61,046 bases of DNA from a virus (taxonomy: Duplodnaviria; Caudoviricetes), in IMG/VR virus record IMGVR_UViG_3300025513_000519, positions 1 to 61,046 of that record, one strand, 5' to 3'. Shown here piece by piece: positions 27,991-40,000 of this stretch (positions are counted from its first letter, which is position 1; every line of letters starts with the position of its first letter). The position numbers and the translations under genes were made by a program. The notes under the pieces are model-generated. The model saw only the letters and a list, made by a program, of their open reading frames with translations. It had not been told where the DNA came from and searched no databases.

Positions 27991-29469
27991 TTAAACTTTC
28001 AGTACACATTCTACTAGTTTTTCGCCCTCATCGCTGTTTGTTTCTAAAGCAACACCCACTAATCCGTTTGAAGCTATAGTTGACGCTACTCCATCTTTCC
28101 AAGCATATACAGCTTGACCTTTTGACACTGGTCCTACGATTCTAACAGGAACACGTCCTTTGAGACCAATTGCTTGCCCTTCGCAATCGCTGTTCATTAG
28201 GTAAGCAGGTTTATCTGAAATTACACCTATTGCTATATCACTAACTGTTGCTGCTCTTGTTTCAGCAGTGCCTCCTACTGTCATTACAGTTCCAACTGAA
28301 TATTCTTGATCTGTTGTATACTTTTCTGCAAGGTCAGCGTAGCGAGCTTGTGTTGCGGTACCTTGGAATAGATTAGCAGCTAGATTTCCTGTTGCATCTC
28401 TCACTGCTACACTGTTGTTCGTTGCACTTACGCTGGCTGTGCGGAAATCTGATCCCACTCTTAAACTGGTTGCTCGACTTGCTTCTCCGACAAAGTTTAC
28501 AGCATACACATCTTTCCAACGTATGCTTGAATTACCTAAGTCAAATGTATTGTCTGTATCTGGAATAAGTCCCACAGTGCTAGCTGTTACAACCGTTGTT
28601 AGTACACCGGCACTGTTAGTTGCTTTAATTTTAATTACACTGCTTTGACCTGTAACGTTTTGTAATACAGCTTGGTCGCCGTTTTCGATAATAAGTTGAA
28701 GATCTTGGCTATCACCCACAGTCAAGCCGGCTTCGCCAAATGTAACCACGCTGTCGAAACTTATGCCAGTTCTTCTAATATATTCTGCTGCTACAAAGCC
28801 GCCTAGTTTTTCTGCGTTTGAAGCAGTGCCCCAAAAATTAAAATCTCTACCTATTACACTAGTACTGTTAGTAATGCCTGCGCTGGCCAACTGTGTCCAC
28901 TTTAAGGTAATACCTTTTTTAATTCTATCAAAACCTGTTATAGGAGTAGTTGCGTTAAGATCAAATTCGTTTGTGCTTACAACAAACACAATCTCGTCTT
29001 CGATAGTAGCAGCAATAATGCCTCGAGTAGCGCCTGTAGTGTCAAGTACTTCACGGCTTTGCATTTGTGTTACACCTTCGCCGGCATTTTGCGGGCCGAT
29101 TAAGATATAACTAGTTCCATTAAATACATAAAGTTGATCGTTGCCGCTGTCCCACCAAAAATCACCTATTGCTAGTCCAGTAGGTTCTGTTGTAGCAATT
29201 TCTGATCCGCCTGTTGTACGAAATTTTGTTCCATCATAAAACTTTAACTTGCTGTTAGCAGTGTCAAACCAAATTTGGCCACCCAGGGGTCTTGCGGGCT
29301 GATTTGCTCCTGAAAAGTTTTCTAGTAGATAAAGGAAATTTTCATTTTGTATTTCGCCGTATCCAGCATAGTTTTTACCTATAAACTTTAGATCAGTTGT
29401 TTGATCTATTGTGCCGTCTTCGACCGCAGTTAGTAGTGTGTTGTTATATCTATCAATTTGATATGCCAT
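27991..29469 (-). CDS. Tail fibre-like protein with C-terminal intramolecular chaperone/autoproteolytic (peptidase G2/S74-like) domain
   Basis: Shared N-terminal anchor (GKNYAGYG..ENFLYLLENF..GQIWFD); C-terminal ARYADLAEKY..GVIS..PAYLMN..GRVPV. Confidence 0.75.
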   Translation of the reverse strand: MAYQIDRYNNTLLTAVEDGTIDQTTDLKFIGKNYAGYGEIQNENFLYLLENFSGANQPARPLGGQIWFDTANSKLKFYDGTKFRTTGGSEIATTEPTGLAIGDFWWDSGNDQLYVFNGTSYILIGPQNAGEGVTQMQSREVLDTTGATRGIIAATIEDEIVFVVSTNEFDLNATTPITGFDRIKKGITLKWTQLASAGITNSTSVIGRDFNFWGTASNAEKLGGFVAAEYIRRTGISFDSVVTFGEAGLTVGDSQDLQLIIENGDQAVLQNVTGQSSVIKIKATNSAGVLTTVVTASTVGLIPDTDNTFDLGNSSIRWKDVYAVNFVGEASRATSLRVGSDFRTASVSATNNSVAVRDATGNLAANLFQGTATQARYADLAEKYTTDQEYSVGTVMTVGGTAETRAATVSDIAIGVISDKPAYLMNSDCEGQAIGLKGRVPVRIVGPVSKGQAVYAWKDGVASTIASNGLVGVALETNSDEGEKLVECVLKV

Positions 29470-29494
29470 TTAGTTTACCCCTAAACATTTATAT

Positions 29495-29501
29495 TATTTA
29501 T
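29495..29501 (-). promoter_or_regulatory. Late promoter motif ATAAATA
   Basis: Intergenic, upstream of the 29469 start. Confidence 0.5.
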
Positions 29502-29506
29502 CGTTT

Positions 29507-31381
29507 TTACGAATATGTAGTAGTGCTCTGATATTGCCATACTGATCCAGTAGACTGGTACGTCATCATTGTTCTCGACGGTTCTAGCACAACTGTACCG
29601 CTAGCACCTTCGGGATCAAACACAATATCTTGTACTACTGATTCGTTTTGTGTTCCGTTTGAATCAACTGCTATCAGGCTGATATTTTTTACACTTTCAA
29701 TGTCTACGCCTTCTACTGTTGCTCCAGCATAAGATGTTGTATGTATTCTTGCTATTTTACCTGTGTTAATACCTACAGGTGAATATAATTCAGTTAAAAA
29801 GCTGCCAACTGCTGTTTGAAGTGTTGCTCCAGCGCCTAAACCAGTGATGTCCATGCTAAAAACAATAGGTTCTATAGCAATTTGTGTATCTACATAAATC
29901 TTAGTAGCAGCATCTTGATTGTTTTCAGGATCAGCTAGACCTGTTATTTTTCTACTGTCTTGAATTGCAATATCACCGTTAGCAGTAATGTTAACACCGC
30001 TGGTTGCGGTAATATTCATAGCAGCGTTTGAACTGATGATTGTTCCATCAATACCAATACTGTCTACATTTAAATATAGCAGTGTACCAATCTCATCAAG
30101 ATCTAATGCTTTTTGAACGTTAGTTAAGCTTGTATTTGTAATCTTATCAACTCCGCCTATTTTATATGTTTTAGCAGTGTCAGTTAAGTCTACATTAACG
30201 TTGGTGCTCCACGCATCTGTAGTGTTCTTCCAGGTCCATAGCTTTTGACCAACGTTACTAGTGTCAAGGATTAAACCAGCGTTGTCTGCATTAATTCCAG
30301 TTAGTGTTGAACCGGTTGATGTTTTGGCTATTTCGATATTTTTATCTTCTACTCTCAGAGTAGCGACATCAATACTAGTAGTAGCACCTTCTACTAGTAA
30401 ATTGCCAGTCACACGTAAATCACCTTCGACGTCCAGTGTATACTGTGGAAGTCTATTTACATTGAATATACCAACTCTAGCAGTGCTTGCGTCAATGTAT
30501 ACACCATCTACTGTTAGAGCTCCGAAGGCACTACTGCGCACTCTAAGGCTAATGTCATGATCAGTTAGCTGATTTTCAAAGAAGAATCTTGGGCCTACAA
30601 CTTTTTGAACATGGTTTTGAGATAGACCAACTGTTAGACCACCTGAGTTTTGTATAGTCAATGTTCCTGTTGTAATCCCGTTTGCGTTTGATGGTAGAAA
30701 ACTGTCAGCTGTTCTAACTACGCCGCCTGCAGTGACCAACGCATTTGCTGAATCTGCTATACCTCTGTATTTAAAGTTAGCTTTGTCAATAATGTTAAAT
30801 CCGGGGAATATAGTTCCGTTAGGATTAGTCGCTGTAACAAGTCCGCTGATTCTTTGACTAAAGATTGGAGTAAATTCGATATTACTAAACAGTCCAACTA
30901 GTTGATTGCCTACAAATAGATTAGCCACTGTTCTAGAACGGCTTTGTTCGTCTAGTATACTACCTATTTGAAAGCCGCTGACACCTTGTTGTTCGGTATA
31001 TTGTGGACCAACCAGTATAAGATCAGTTCCATCAAAAGCATACAGTTGATTTCTTAGATTGTCAATCCAGAGATCACCTGCAACCATCTGAGGGCGAGTT
31101 GATTGTACAAATGGTCCGCCGCTTGCTTTCCATACTGTACCGTCATATACTTTGAGTCTTTGGTCATTGGTGTCCCACCATAGCTGACCAGTTAACGGAT
31201 TGCTAGGGGCCGCAGTGTTAGCAAAGTTTTCTAATAATTTAATAAAGTTTTCGTTAAAAAATTCACCGTAGCCTGTGTAGTTTCTGCCAACCAACACAAG
31301 ATTAGTGCTGTTGGTATCGATTTGGCCGTCGATCAAATCAGTTAACAGTGTCCCGTCAGTCTTGTTTAGTTGATAACTCAT
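29507..31381 (-). CDS. Tail fibre-like protein
   Basis: Same N-terminal anchor (GRNYTGYG..ENFIKLLENF..GQLWWD); fibre-like LDVEGDLRVTGNL and DAATKIYVD motifs. Confidence 0.75.
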   Translation of the reverse strand: MSYQLNKTDGTLLTDLIDGQIDTNSTNLVLVGRNYTGYGEFFNENFIKLLENFANTAAPSNPLTGQLWWDTNDQRLKVYDGTVWKASGGPFVQSTRPQMVAGDLWIDNLRNQLYAFDGTDLILVGPQYTEQQGVSGFQIGSILDEQSRSRTVANLFVGNQLVGLFSNIEFTPIFSQRISGLVTATNPNGTIFPGFNIIDKANFKYRGIADSANALVTAGGVVRTADSFLPSNANGITTGTLTIQNSGGLTVGLSQNHVQKVVGPRFFFENQLTDHDISLRVRSSAFGALTVDGVYIDASTARVGIFNVNRLPQYTLDVEGDLRVTGNLLVEGATTSIDVATLRVEDKNIEIAKTSTGSTLTGINADNAGLILDTSNVGQKLWTWKNTTDAWSTNVNVDLTDTAKTYKIGGVDKITNTSLTNVQKALDLDEIGTLLYLNVDSIGIDGTIISSNAAMNITATSGVNITANGDIAIQDSRKITGLADPENNQDAATKIYVDTQIAIEPIVFSMDITGLGAGATLQTAVGSFLTELYSPVGINTGKIARIHTTSYAGATVEGVDIESVKNISLIAVDSNGTQNESVVQDIVFDPEGASGTVVLEPSRTMMTYQSTGSVWQYQSTTTYS

Positions 31382-33438
31382 GTTTCTGTTCCAGTATAGA
31401 TAATATAATTCACAGCTAGGTATGGGTTCATTACGCTTAGAGGATCTCCTAGAGAACCAGTTGTTTGTACACCGCCGCTGGACGCAAGACCCTGTGTACC
31501 GCCAAGACCAGGTTCGATAGTTAATGTTACAGCATTGTCATCAACTGGTTCACCGGAGCCAGCACGTATACCGTAGAACTGTGTTCCGCTTTCGCCTTCT
31601 AGATCGTGCTCGTGTTCTGGTAAGTTGTTAACCCCTACTGTTGTAGTTTCGCTACCTGCGTTTCCGCCTATAGCATCAGCAGCAATGTTAGTAACTCTGT
31701 TAGCACTTGGCCCACCTAGATTATCAAGACCTAACGGAACTCTGCCTCTCATGTCAGGCAATGCAAAAGTGTTAACTCCACTGTCACTTAGTAGAGACGG
31801 GTCTCTAAAGTTGAATCTAATTGCTTCGAATAATAGAGTATAGTCTGATTTAAAAACTTCTGATCCGTCACAGAGTAGCCAACCTGCGGGGGCAGTTTCT
31901 CCTCCAAAGGGCATCATAGCACCAGCTGGAATAAGCGGAATGCTTTTTAAGAAGTTGCGTTTGGTAATTTTGTAAACACCAGTTTCGCCGATTACTCTAT
32001 TGATAAGGATTTCATCAGCATTATTAGCATCAAATATTGTTTCTTTGTTTGATATAAAGCTGTTGGCAATTCTCACGTCAAAAGTTTTTGTAGTTCCGCC
32101 GGTTTGACCATCAAACGCAAAGCTGGTATTTTCTACGTCGCCGCTTACACCAAAAGTTGTAGCACTGGCCAATCTGTCTGCTGATCCTGCTCTACCGCTG
32201 ACTGTACCGCTTACGTTGCCTTGTAGATTACCAAAGAAAGTCTGAGCATACACTTGATCGTAACGAAGATTAGTAGCACCTATGTTCCTTGTAACATTTT
32301 GATCAGGAACAATGTTTCCTGATATAATCGTGCCGCCGACATCAAGGTCTGCACCTATATATGCGTTTAGTGCTACAGCTAGGCCGCCTTGGGTAACAAT
32401 CGACCCTGTGCTGATATTAGAACTGTTAACTGTACTTTCAACTCTTAGTACACCTGTTTGAGGTTCGCCTGTTTTTGATGATATCTTAATGTTGCCTCTA
32501 ATATCAAGGGCTTCTTCAGGCGCAGCATTGTTAATACCTACTAGGCCAGCACTGTCAATTCTCAGTATAGTAGGTGTGCTGGTTCCACTTCTTAAACGGA
32601 AATCAATATTTGATCCGCTGGTATTGTGTTGTATAACCCCAGCTTCGCCATCTATACCAATACTAAGCTGCCCGCCTGTGCCTATTTTTAAACCTTCGTT
32701 GTTTTTAATTCTAAGATCAAAGTCTGTAGATGAGCTAGCATTGCCTCTTAAAAAGTTACTAGCAGGAATAGTCTGACCTGCAACTACTAGGTTTTCTGCT
32801 TTTTCCGCAGTGCCCCAGTATTTTAGAACATTTGTGCCTACCAATGCTTCAGCACTGATATTCATGCCTGGATTAACACCGCTTCTAAAACCTGGTATTG
32901 CTGTTTTAGGAACAAACTGTTGCGCACTGATTATTATAGCAGTTTGATCTTGTATTTTTATCGAAAGCACATTATATGTTTGATCATCCGTACCCACTAT
33001 CGATTCGGCTTGTGCTCCAGTTAGTAGTCCATCGCTAAATTCTGGGCCGACCAGTACCCAACTTGTACCAGTAAACAGATATAGCTGCTGACTTTCAGTG
33101 TTTACCCAGAGATCGCCTGCGTTTGAATTTGCTACAGCAGGTTCTGCGTTGGCTTTTTTAAGACCACCTGATGCGACCCAATTAGTGCCATCATATATTT
33201 TTAATTGATCTACACCTAAGCTGGTATCATACCATAGTTGTCCTTCTACTGGACGCTGTGGTGCAGTAGAATTAGCAAAGTTTTCTAAAAGATGTAAAAA
33301 GTTTTCAGCAAACACCTGTCCATAGCCTGTGTAGTTTCTTCCTACAAATACTATACTGGTTTCATCATTAATTGTACCGTCTTCAACAGTAATAATGCCT
33401 TTGTTAACAAAGTCGGTATATTTAATTTCGTATGCCAT
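31378..33438 (-). CDS. Tail fibre protein with tail-collar domain
   Basis: Same N-terminal anchor; C-terminal PAGAMMPFGGETAPAGWLLCDGS..FALPDMRGR..LPEHEH..NPYLAVNYII collar/tip signature. Confidence 0.85.
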   Translation of the reverse strand: MAYEIKYTDFVNKGIITVEDGTINDETSIVFVGRNYTGYGQVFAENFLHLLENFANSTAPQRPVEGQLWYDTSLGVDQLKIYDGTNWVASGGLKKANAEPAVANSNAGDLWVNTESQQLYLFTGTSWVLVGPEFSDGLLTGAQAESIVGTDDQTYNVLSIKIQDQTAIIISAQQFVPKTAIPGFRSGVNPGMNISAEALVGTNVLKYWGTAEKAENLVVAGQTIPASNFLRGNASSSTDFDLRIKNNEGLKIGTGGQLSIGIDGEAGVIQHNTSGSNIDFRLRSGTSTPTILRIDSAGLVGINNAAPEEALDIRGNIKISSKTGEPQTGVLRVESTVNSSNISTGSIVTQGGLAVALNAYIGADLDVGGTIISGNIVPDQNVTRNIGATNLRYDQVYAQTFFGNLQGNVSGTVSGRAGSADRLASATTFGVSGDVENTSFAFDGQTGGTTKTFDVRIANSFISNKETIFDANNADEILINRVIGETGVYKITKRNFLKSIPLIPAGAMMPFGGETAPAGWLLCDGSEVFKSDYTLLFEAIRFNFRDPSLLSDSGVNTFALPDMRGRVPLGLDNLGGPSANRVTNIAADAIGGNAGSETTTVGVNNLPEHEHDLEGESGTQFYGIRAGSGEPVDDNAVTLTIEPGLGGTQGLASSGGVQTTGSLGDPLSVMNPYLAVNYIIYTGTET

Positions 33439-33448
33439 TATCTATCCC

Positions 33449-34051
33449 TTACCCTGCTAAACTCTGTACTCGTACGGTATAATCTATCTGTATCAATCTG
33501 TTCAGTGACTTTTGTACAGGGTGGAAAATAACGTGAGTTAAAAGTCTGCCTGTAGCGTCTGGGTTATAACTACGCAGGCCCAGTTCATCAAATACAAACG
33601 CATCATCAGCATTGGTAGCTGTGTCAAATGCCTGTTGACCATTGGGTTCGCCATAGTCTAACAAACAGCTAACAAGAATGTCAGTATAATTTGTGCCGCT
33701 TACATGACGTGTTTCAATTTTGTTGCGAGCGGAATCAGTGTTGTTTACGCTGCGATCATCTACAATCTTAGTATAGGTTTGATTGTACAGGCTAGCATTA
33801 GTACCAGTTGAGTTTGGTGTAAGATATGTAATCACACCAGTTTGGTCTACAGTAGTTCCGCCGTTACCAAAGCTCATTTCGTATATAAACCCTTGGCCAG
33901 CGTTGCTCAAGCTTTCAGCAAGAGCAATACTCATATTTTCATAATGAATGGCATTTCTTTTGTCAATATAGACATGATTAGTTGTAGGATCGAATATCTT
34001 AATATGACCTTGTATTCTTACACCATTGTTGTCTTGCATGTTTCCGCTCAT
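33449..34051 (-). CDS. Putative baseplate/tail structural protein
   Basis: Start reassigned to MSGNMQ (34051; AGGA RBS, ATAAATA upstream); FDELGL..LLTHVIFHPVQKS..IDYTVR. Confidence 0.7.
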   Translation of the reverse strand: MSGNMQDNNGVRIQGHIKIFDPTTNHVYIDKRNAIHYENMSIALAESLSNAGQGFIYEMSFGNGGTTVDQTGVITYLTPNSTGTNASLYNQTYTKIVDDRSVNNTDSARNKIETRHVSGTNYTDILVSCLLDYGEPNGQQAFDTATNADDAFVFDELGLRSYNPDATGRLLTHVIFHPVQKSLNRLIQIDYTVRVQSLAG

Positions 34052-34067
34052 TGTTTTTCCTATACTG

Positions 34068-34074
34068 TATTTAT
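34068..34074 (-). promoter_or_regulatory. Late promoter motif ATAAATA overlapping the stop codon of the giant gene
   Basis: gaATAAATAcagtataggaaaaacaATG. Confidence 0.55.
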
Positions 34075-37000
34075 TCTGGTAGCTCAGTTGTTCCAGCACG
34101 TAAGAATCTTGCTATGCTATTTTCAGCAGTTGACAGTGATTCTCCCAGTCTAGTCCAAGTTTGTCCTATTTTTTTGACCACTGTGATTCTAGTTTCGTTT
34201 GCAGGAATTGTCGAAGTACCTAATGCTGTAGAATTACCATTTTCGTCTAAGTAAACGTCAGTAACTTCGAGTTGGATGTCTTGGATATTTCTAGCAGCAA
34301 TTTGTGCAGATGTATACAACTCCGATACTGGTATTGTTAATATGTCGCCGACTTTATAATTAAATCCGCGATTTGTTGCTCTACTTACAGAAACTACTCC
34401 ATTAGTTAGTGTAACATCAAACTTAGCAAATAATCCAGAACCGCCGGCTGCACTTATAGTATATATTGTAGGTTGTATAATGCCCGAGTCGTCTTTGTAA
34501 GTACGAGTATCAAGCACTGGATCTAATTGATATTTTTCTGTATCAATTATTGTATAAGAATTATTCTTTTCGATAAACTCGTTTATCGGGTCAACTCCAA
34601 ATTCTTTCAGTGCTATTGTATCGCCTTTCGGACTATCAAGTGCTATAGTAGCATTAAACACGTCTAGTGATGTTTTTCGCAGGCGTGTGCCGCTACTAAA
34701 CACTTCTATATTATTGTCTGTTATAGTAAATCCAGGCACAAATGTATTTGTTACCTTAATAATATCGTTATCTGTTGTTTGTTCGTTATATACCAGTGTC
34801 TGATCCTTGTATGGAACAGTCTTGCTAGCATTTTGATCAAACAGTTTTTCAGCCGCAGGATGAACTACAGGAGTACCTGTGCCCAGTGTACCTCTGCGCA
34901 ACTGACGCAGTGTATTTCCTTCTTTTACAAAGTATTCAATACGTTCGCTGTTGATCCAAACGATGCCGGGCAAGTTGCCGCCTTTGTTTGGTTCTGCTAG
35001 ATCTGTTCCGTCTACTACTTCAATTCTTAGATCATAATAGTTTAATGGTTGTGCAAGTGCTGTTGTTGCAGTGTCGAGACGCTTGAAGTGTGTACGATTC
35101 AGCATATCCTTAAACTGTCTGTAGGCAAATCTTGGCGCATTTACAGGCATAGTAAAATGTATTATGTCAATGACATCATTTGCCGCTGGCAGACGTACTA
35201 GTCTAACCTTGGTTCTATCATCAGTTACATAATAATCAACGCTGGGTGTTAATAGTTCTCCATTTACAGCTACCCAAACATACTCTGCATCAACAGCAGG
35301 TGTTCTCAGTGCTATTTCGCCCACTGTTAATCTATTGTATGTAACATATTGTACATCTTCAGGTATTAGTGTAGTTCTAGCAACTACATCATAGTTTATT
35401 CTTTCAATTCCTAGTACGTTGTGATTGCTAAATTGATAAATTTCTACTGTAGTGCTGTTAGTCGGAGCAGTGTTTAGTATAACAGTCTTGTTTGAAATTC
35501 TGTAGTCACCATCTGTAATCACATAGACCTCAACAAAGTCGCCTGGAGCACCAACTTCATCTGCTAGTATAATGCTGCTGTTGGCAATTTCTAAACGCCA
35601 CTGTACTGGAGACACAATTTCAACTCCGTTAAGGAATACACTAACATCCTCAACTCCCAGCGATCCCACTGGTTGTTGGAATGTTTCAAGCGCAAACTCT
35701 CTTTCACTTAGTTGAGAAATTGTAAATTGCTTGTTATATCCAGCGTTTAGTATAGTGTTGCCGACTTTAACTAAGATGTTGTGTTCATTTGGCAGAGCAT
35801 AGAACGGTGCAGACAACAGTTCAAATTGTGTATCTGTACCATTGGCAACGAACGTGTCTTTTGATACTTGACTATAGTTTATTTCTGTGTTAGTATTAAA
35901 TATAACCCAGTATATAGTCTTATCTGCTGTGGTAGGAGTATCAAATCTAAATGTTGCTCTATTATCGTCCTCAAACAGTGTAACAGTTTCAGCTTCTCCG
36001 TCAACAGTTACATAGACGCTGGCAGTGTCGACCCATTCTACACTAGTTTTGTAGTCAGTTTGACCTTCCACAGATGTAAAGAATCCGTAGTCCATAATAT
36101 CCTGTGTACCAAGACCCATTGTGAGAATGTTTAGTTCTACGCCGTCAACTGGGTTAAGAATAGTTACAGTGTTGTCGGTCCAGTCTATAGTATATTCATC
36201 GTCTGCTAGGATTTCGTTGTCTAGTTTTACAAATACACTGTCGGCGTTGCCGGGTGTTGTGCCCAGTGCGTACTGTGTTATGCTTGCGTCCATAATATAG
36301 CTTTGGCTATATATGGTGCCTTGACCACCGCTTTCTCTAGTGTAAACTTTGATGTCAAGTGTATCAAGTACTTGGCCTGGGACTAGTTCTTCTGGGCCGC
36401 TGCTGGTTGTAGGTGTTACAAAGCCATCACCGTCTACTATGATTTCTTCTGGGTTCAGACCTTTGGCAGTTTGGTATGACAGGTCACCGCCTGACAGTGC
36501 TACATCATAACTCAACGGATCAGGAATAACACTACCATCGCTGGTAATTTTTCTAACAATTAGAATATCACCATCTAGTAGCGATATACCTCTGTCATCA
36601 AGGTCTATAATTTTAGTAACGCCATCGCCTGTGATACTGTTGGTAATTGCTGTTGGATTTACGGGTGTGCCTAGGTCGTAGTCAGGGTCGTCAAGTCTTA
36701 CACCATTTTTATAGATGTTGTAAACTATGCCATTTTCTAGAACATTGGTCAATTCTACAGCAATAGTAGAACCGTCGGCTATGAATACTTCATCTTCAAA
36801 CGTGTTGTCAAAAGTATCCCAAGTATCTGTATACCATCCTTGACTGTCCCAGCCGCTTGGTCCGCCGAAATCAAATCCGCGCACTTCAACTCCGCCATAG
36901 TCTACACCACTCATAAGCTGTGCTAGATCGTTGCCCAACATACCTGCTACTGGTGTATAGGCGAATTTGATTCTATCTTCCGCACTCAACATGCTGAGAG

Positions 37001-40000
37001 GTCTGTAGTATCCGACTGTGATGGTTGCTTCATTTGCAGGAGGACGAGTAAACGTTATACGACCTTTTTGATAGGAATATCCGTCTGTAATTTTCTGTGT
37101 GCCTGGGCCTGCTGCGCTGTTTACATCGCCATAATTAAACTCTTTAGCAAGTGTTTCAGCAGTTGGTATATAATCGACATTGCTGTAGGTATATTGACTT
37201 CTTAATTGTTCTACTCCGTTGACAGATATCTTGACTTTTCTGTTGTCAAGATCCATTGGCCATTCTAGATTAAACACTGTGTTGATGTTTGTTCCTGAGA
37301 ATGTTTCTGTTTCTGCTAGATCTTCAAAAGTGTAAACTCCTGCTGTTCTATCAAACTTGATTCTGATGCTGGGTGTTCTTACTAGACCATTGCCCAATAT
37401 AGCACTGGCTGCGGCGACTACTCCATCGTCAGTCTGCGGGCCTTCAATAACAACACGGGGTGTAGTGATATATCCACTGCCAGGATTAGTTATTTTAATT
37501 TCGGTAATACGACCGTAACCTAGATAAGCTTTTGCTGTGGCTCCTGTGCCTTCACTTGATTCAAATCTAATTCTTGGTTCACTGGTATATCCGCTACCTG
37601 GGTTAGCTATTTGTATTTCTTTTATACTATAACCTATGTTGTCTGCCCAGTGCTTTCTAGGATATGACTCACTCAACACATTAGCCCCAACCAACACACC
37701 GTCTTGTATAACAGCTCTGCTGGCTTCTATACGCTTGGTCAATCTGTCGTAGTAAGGAGCATTGTCAAAATCAGTTACACTGCTGTTGGTGCTGTCTAAG
37801 CTAGTGTACGAGCTAATGAATTCTCTAATCTTAGTGCTATATGGCTTAACTTCTTCAACATAGGCTTCGAAACTTGGAAGCTTGTTGTTTTCAAAGTTAA
37901 TTTTTTGCTCAAGTTCTCCGAGATTATGCTTGACATTAACAAAGCTAGACTTGAACATCCAATCAACTCTCTGTTGCTCTGATAGGATGTAACGCAGGCT
38001 AGCAAAGAACAACTGATTGTATTCTACTGCTAGGTCTGTGACGAGAATATCGTCTCTCAGTGTTTCTAGAATAATTCTCAACTCTTTGGCAGGATTGTTA
38101 TCGTAGAACCAGCTGTCAAAGCTGCGGTTGTCGAAGCCTACTGTGTTTTTACTAAAATCATAGAGACTGTCGCTGAATTGTACAGTTCCATTTTGACGAC
38201 CTATGGTTTTATAGTTTATAGTGTAGTCTTCTGTGTCTTCGTTGGCAACTTTTTCTAACAGTAGCCAGCCGCCAGTACCCACATTATTGATTTTAACTAT
38301 ATCACCGACTAGGTCATCTAAGCTGGTTAATAGATACGCTCCTTCGATTTCATAATCTATATTTGTAAATTGATTGAAGCTAGACGCATACCAGTCAGCG
38401 TAATTCCAGTATATACTTACGTCAAAGTCTTGTAGGCTGCTTCTGAACCAGGTGTTAGCAGTGTCGTTCCATGAGTACAATGCCCACTTTCCGTTCAGTG
38501 TTTCGTCACTGTTTACTAGTACAGAGAATCTTCTTGTATTAACTAGAGTGCTTTCATTATAGCCGCTGCCGTCATTTACAACTTCGGCTGACACAACCTG
38601 TCCTAGATTGTTTATAGTTAGTTCAACGTCAGCATTAACTCCAGTGCCTACAATATCTACACTAGGTGCTGTTTTGTATCCGCGGCCACTGTCAACTATG
38701 TCTACACGTATTAGACGACCGTTTAGAATTACTGGGCTTAGTCTAGCAGGTGTTACTTTGTTAGTGCTTACAAAACGCAGTTCAGAATAGGTATCAACTG
38801 CTAGGTCATACAGCTTTGTGGCTGTCGACGGTGTTGGCTCTTTTTCAAAAAGTCTGTCTATGTCATATTGGTCTACAACAAGATTTTCTGCTAGCACTAG
38901 GTTGGCACGTTCTATAGTCTGCTTGAGTGCTTCTATTCTGTTGACAAACATGCCCTGTCTTGGACGGTTCTGTATACCATAACGCTTGGCTATAGGAATA
39001 TTAGGATCAGGCACTGGTCTATTGTTGGTGTCAACGCCTATCAAGCTGTCAAACCACTTGCGTTCAATGTCAGCATCAGGACGACTGCGATCTAAGCCGT
39101 CTGACATTAGACGATACTGTGCGTGAGTGTTTTGTAATTTTTGTGAGCCAACATTGTAACGAATGTTTAGAACTAGATCATCTGATGTTACTAGGTTATC
39201 AAAATTGTTAAGAACAAATTTATTCTCACTTAGGAAACTAACAAATCTGTATCCCTGTTCTCTTGGTCTGGCTACTAGATTAGCCATTTCAAATGTACTG
39301 ATGCTTCTGTCTCTAGTAGATGGAATTGTTCTCTTGTTTTGTACCCAGTAGTAATACTTGGTACTGAATATTTGGGCGATATCATCGTATGTCAATCTAG
39401 CACTGTACTTGCTGTTGACGTAAGGAGCAGTTCCACTTACGCCCAGTTCGATACCTTCATCAGTATCTGCTAGTTGATTCCATTGACTTGGTAGATATTC
39501 ACTTTCTACCCATTCATAGATATCAATAGTAGCATCAGGCATTAGTCTATTCCACTCGTTCTTTTGGAACGCAGTAGTGCCCTGGTATGCGAAACTAAAT
39601 CTAGCGGTATTGATGTTCCACCATGTTTGACCTACGTGTTCACCTGCCCAGTATCTGCTGGGATCAACTGTTAAATCTGTTAGATCACCTACGTTGTAAG
39701 CAGCAGGATCAAATCCTATTTTGTAGGTCAATTCTTGTTCTACAATACCAGGTATCTTGCCCTGTATAGGATCAACATAGTCAACATAGCTGACTATTTG
39801 ATTTGTACGCTTGTTATATAAGAATACACCTTCAATTCTCGATACATCTACAGGAGTTACGCTTGATCTTAGCGTATTCCATGCTGTATCGCCTTTTGGT
39901 TTTCTGTAGTCTACCACAATGCCCTTGCTTGAATCGCCAGCACTGTGTGAAGGCACGCCCACATACACATGGTTAGCATTGGCTAACAGTATTTCGCCAA

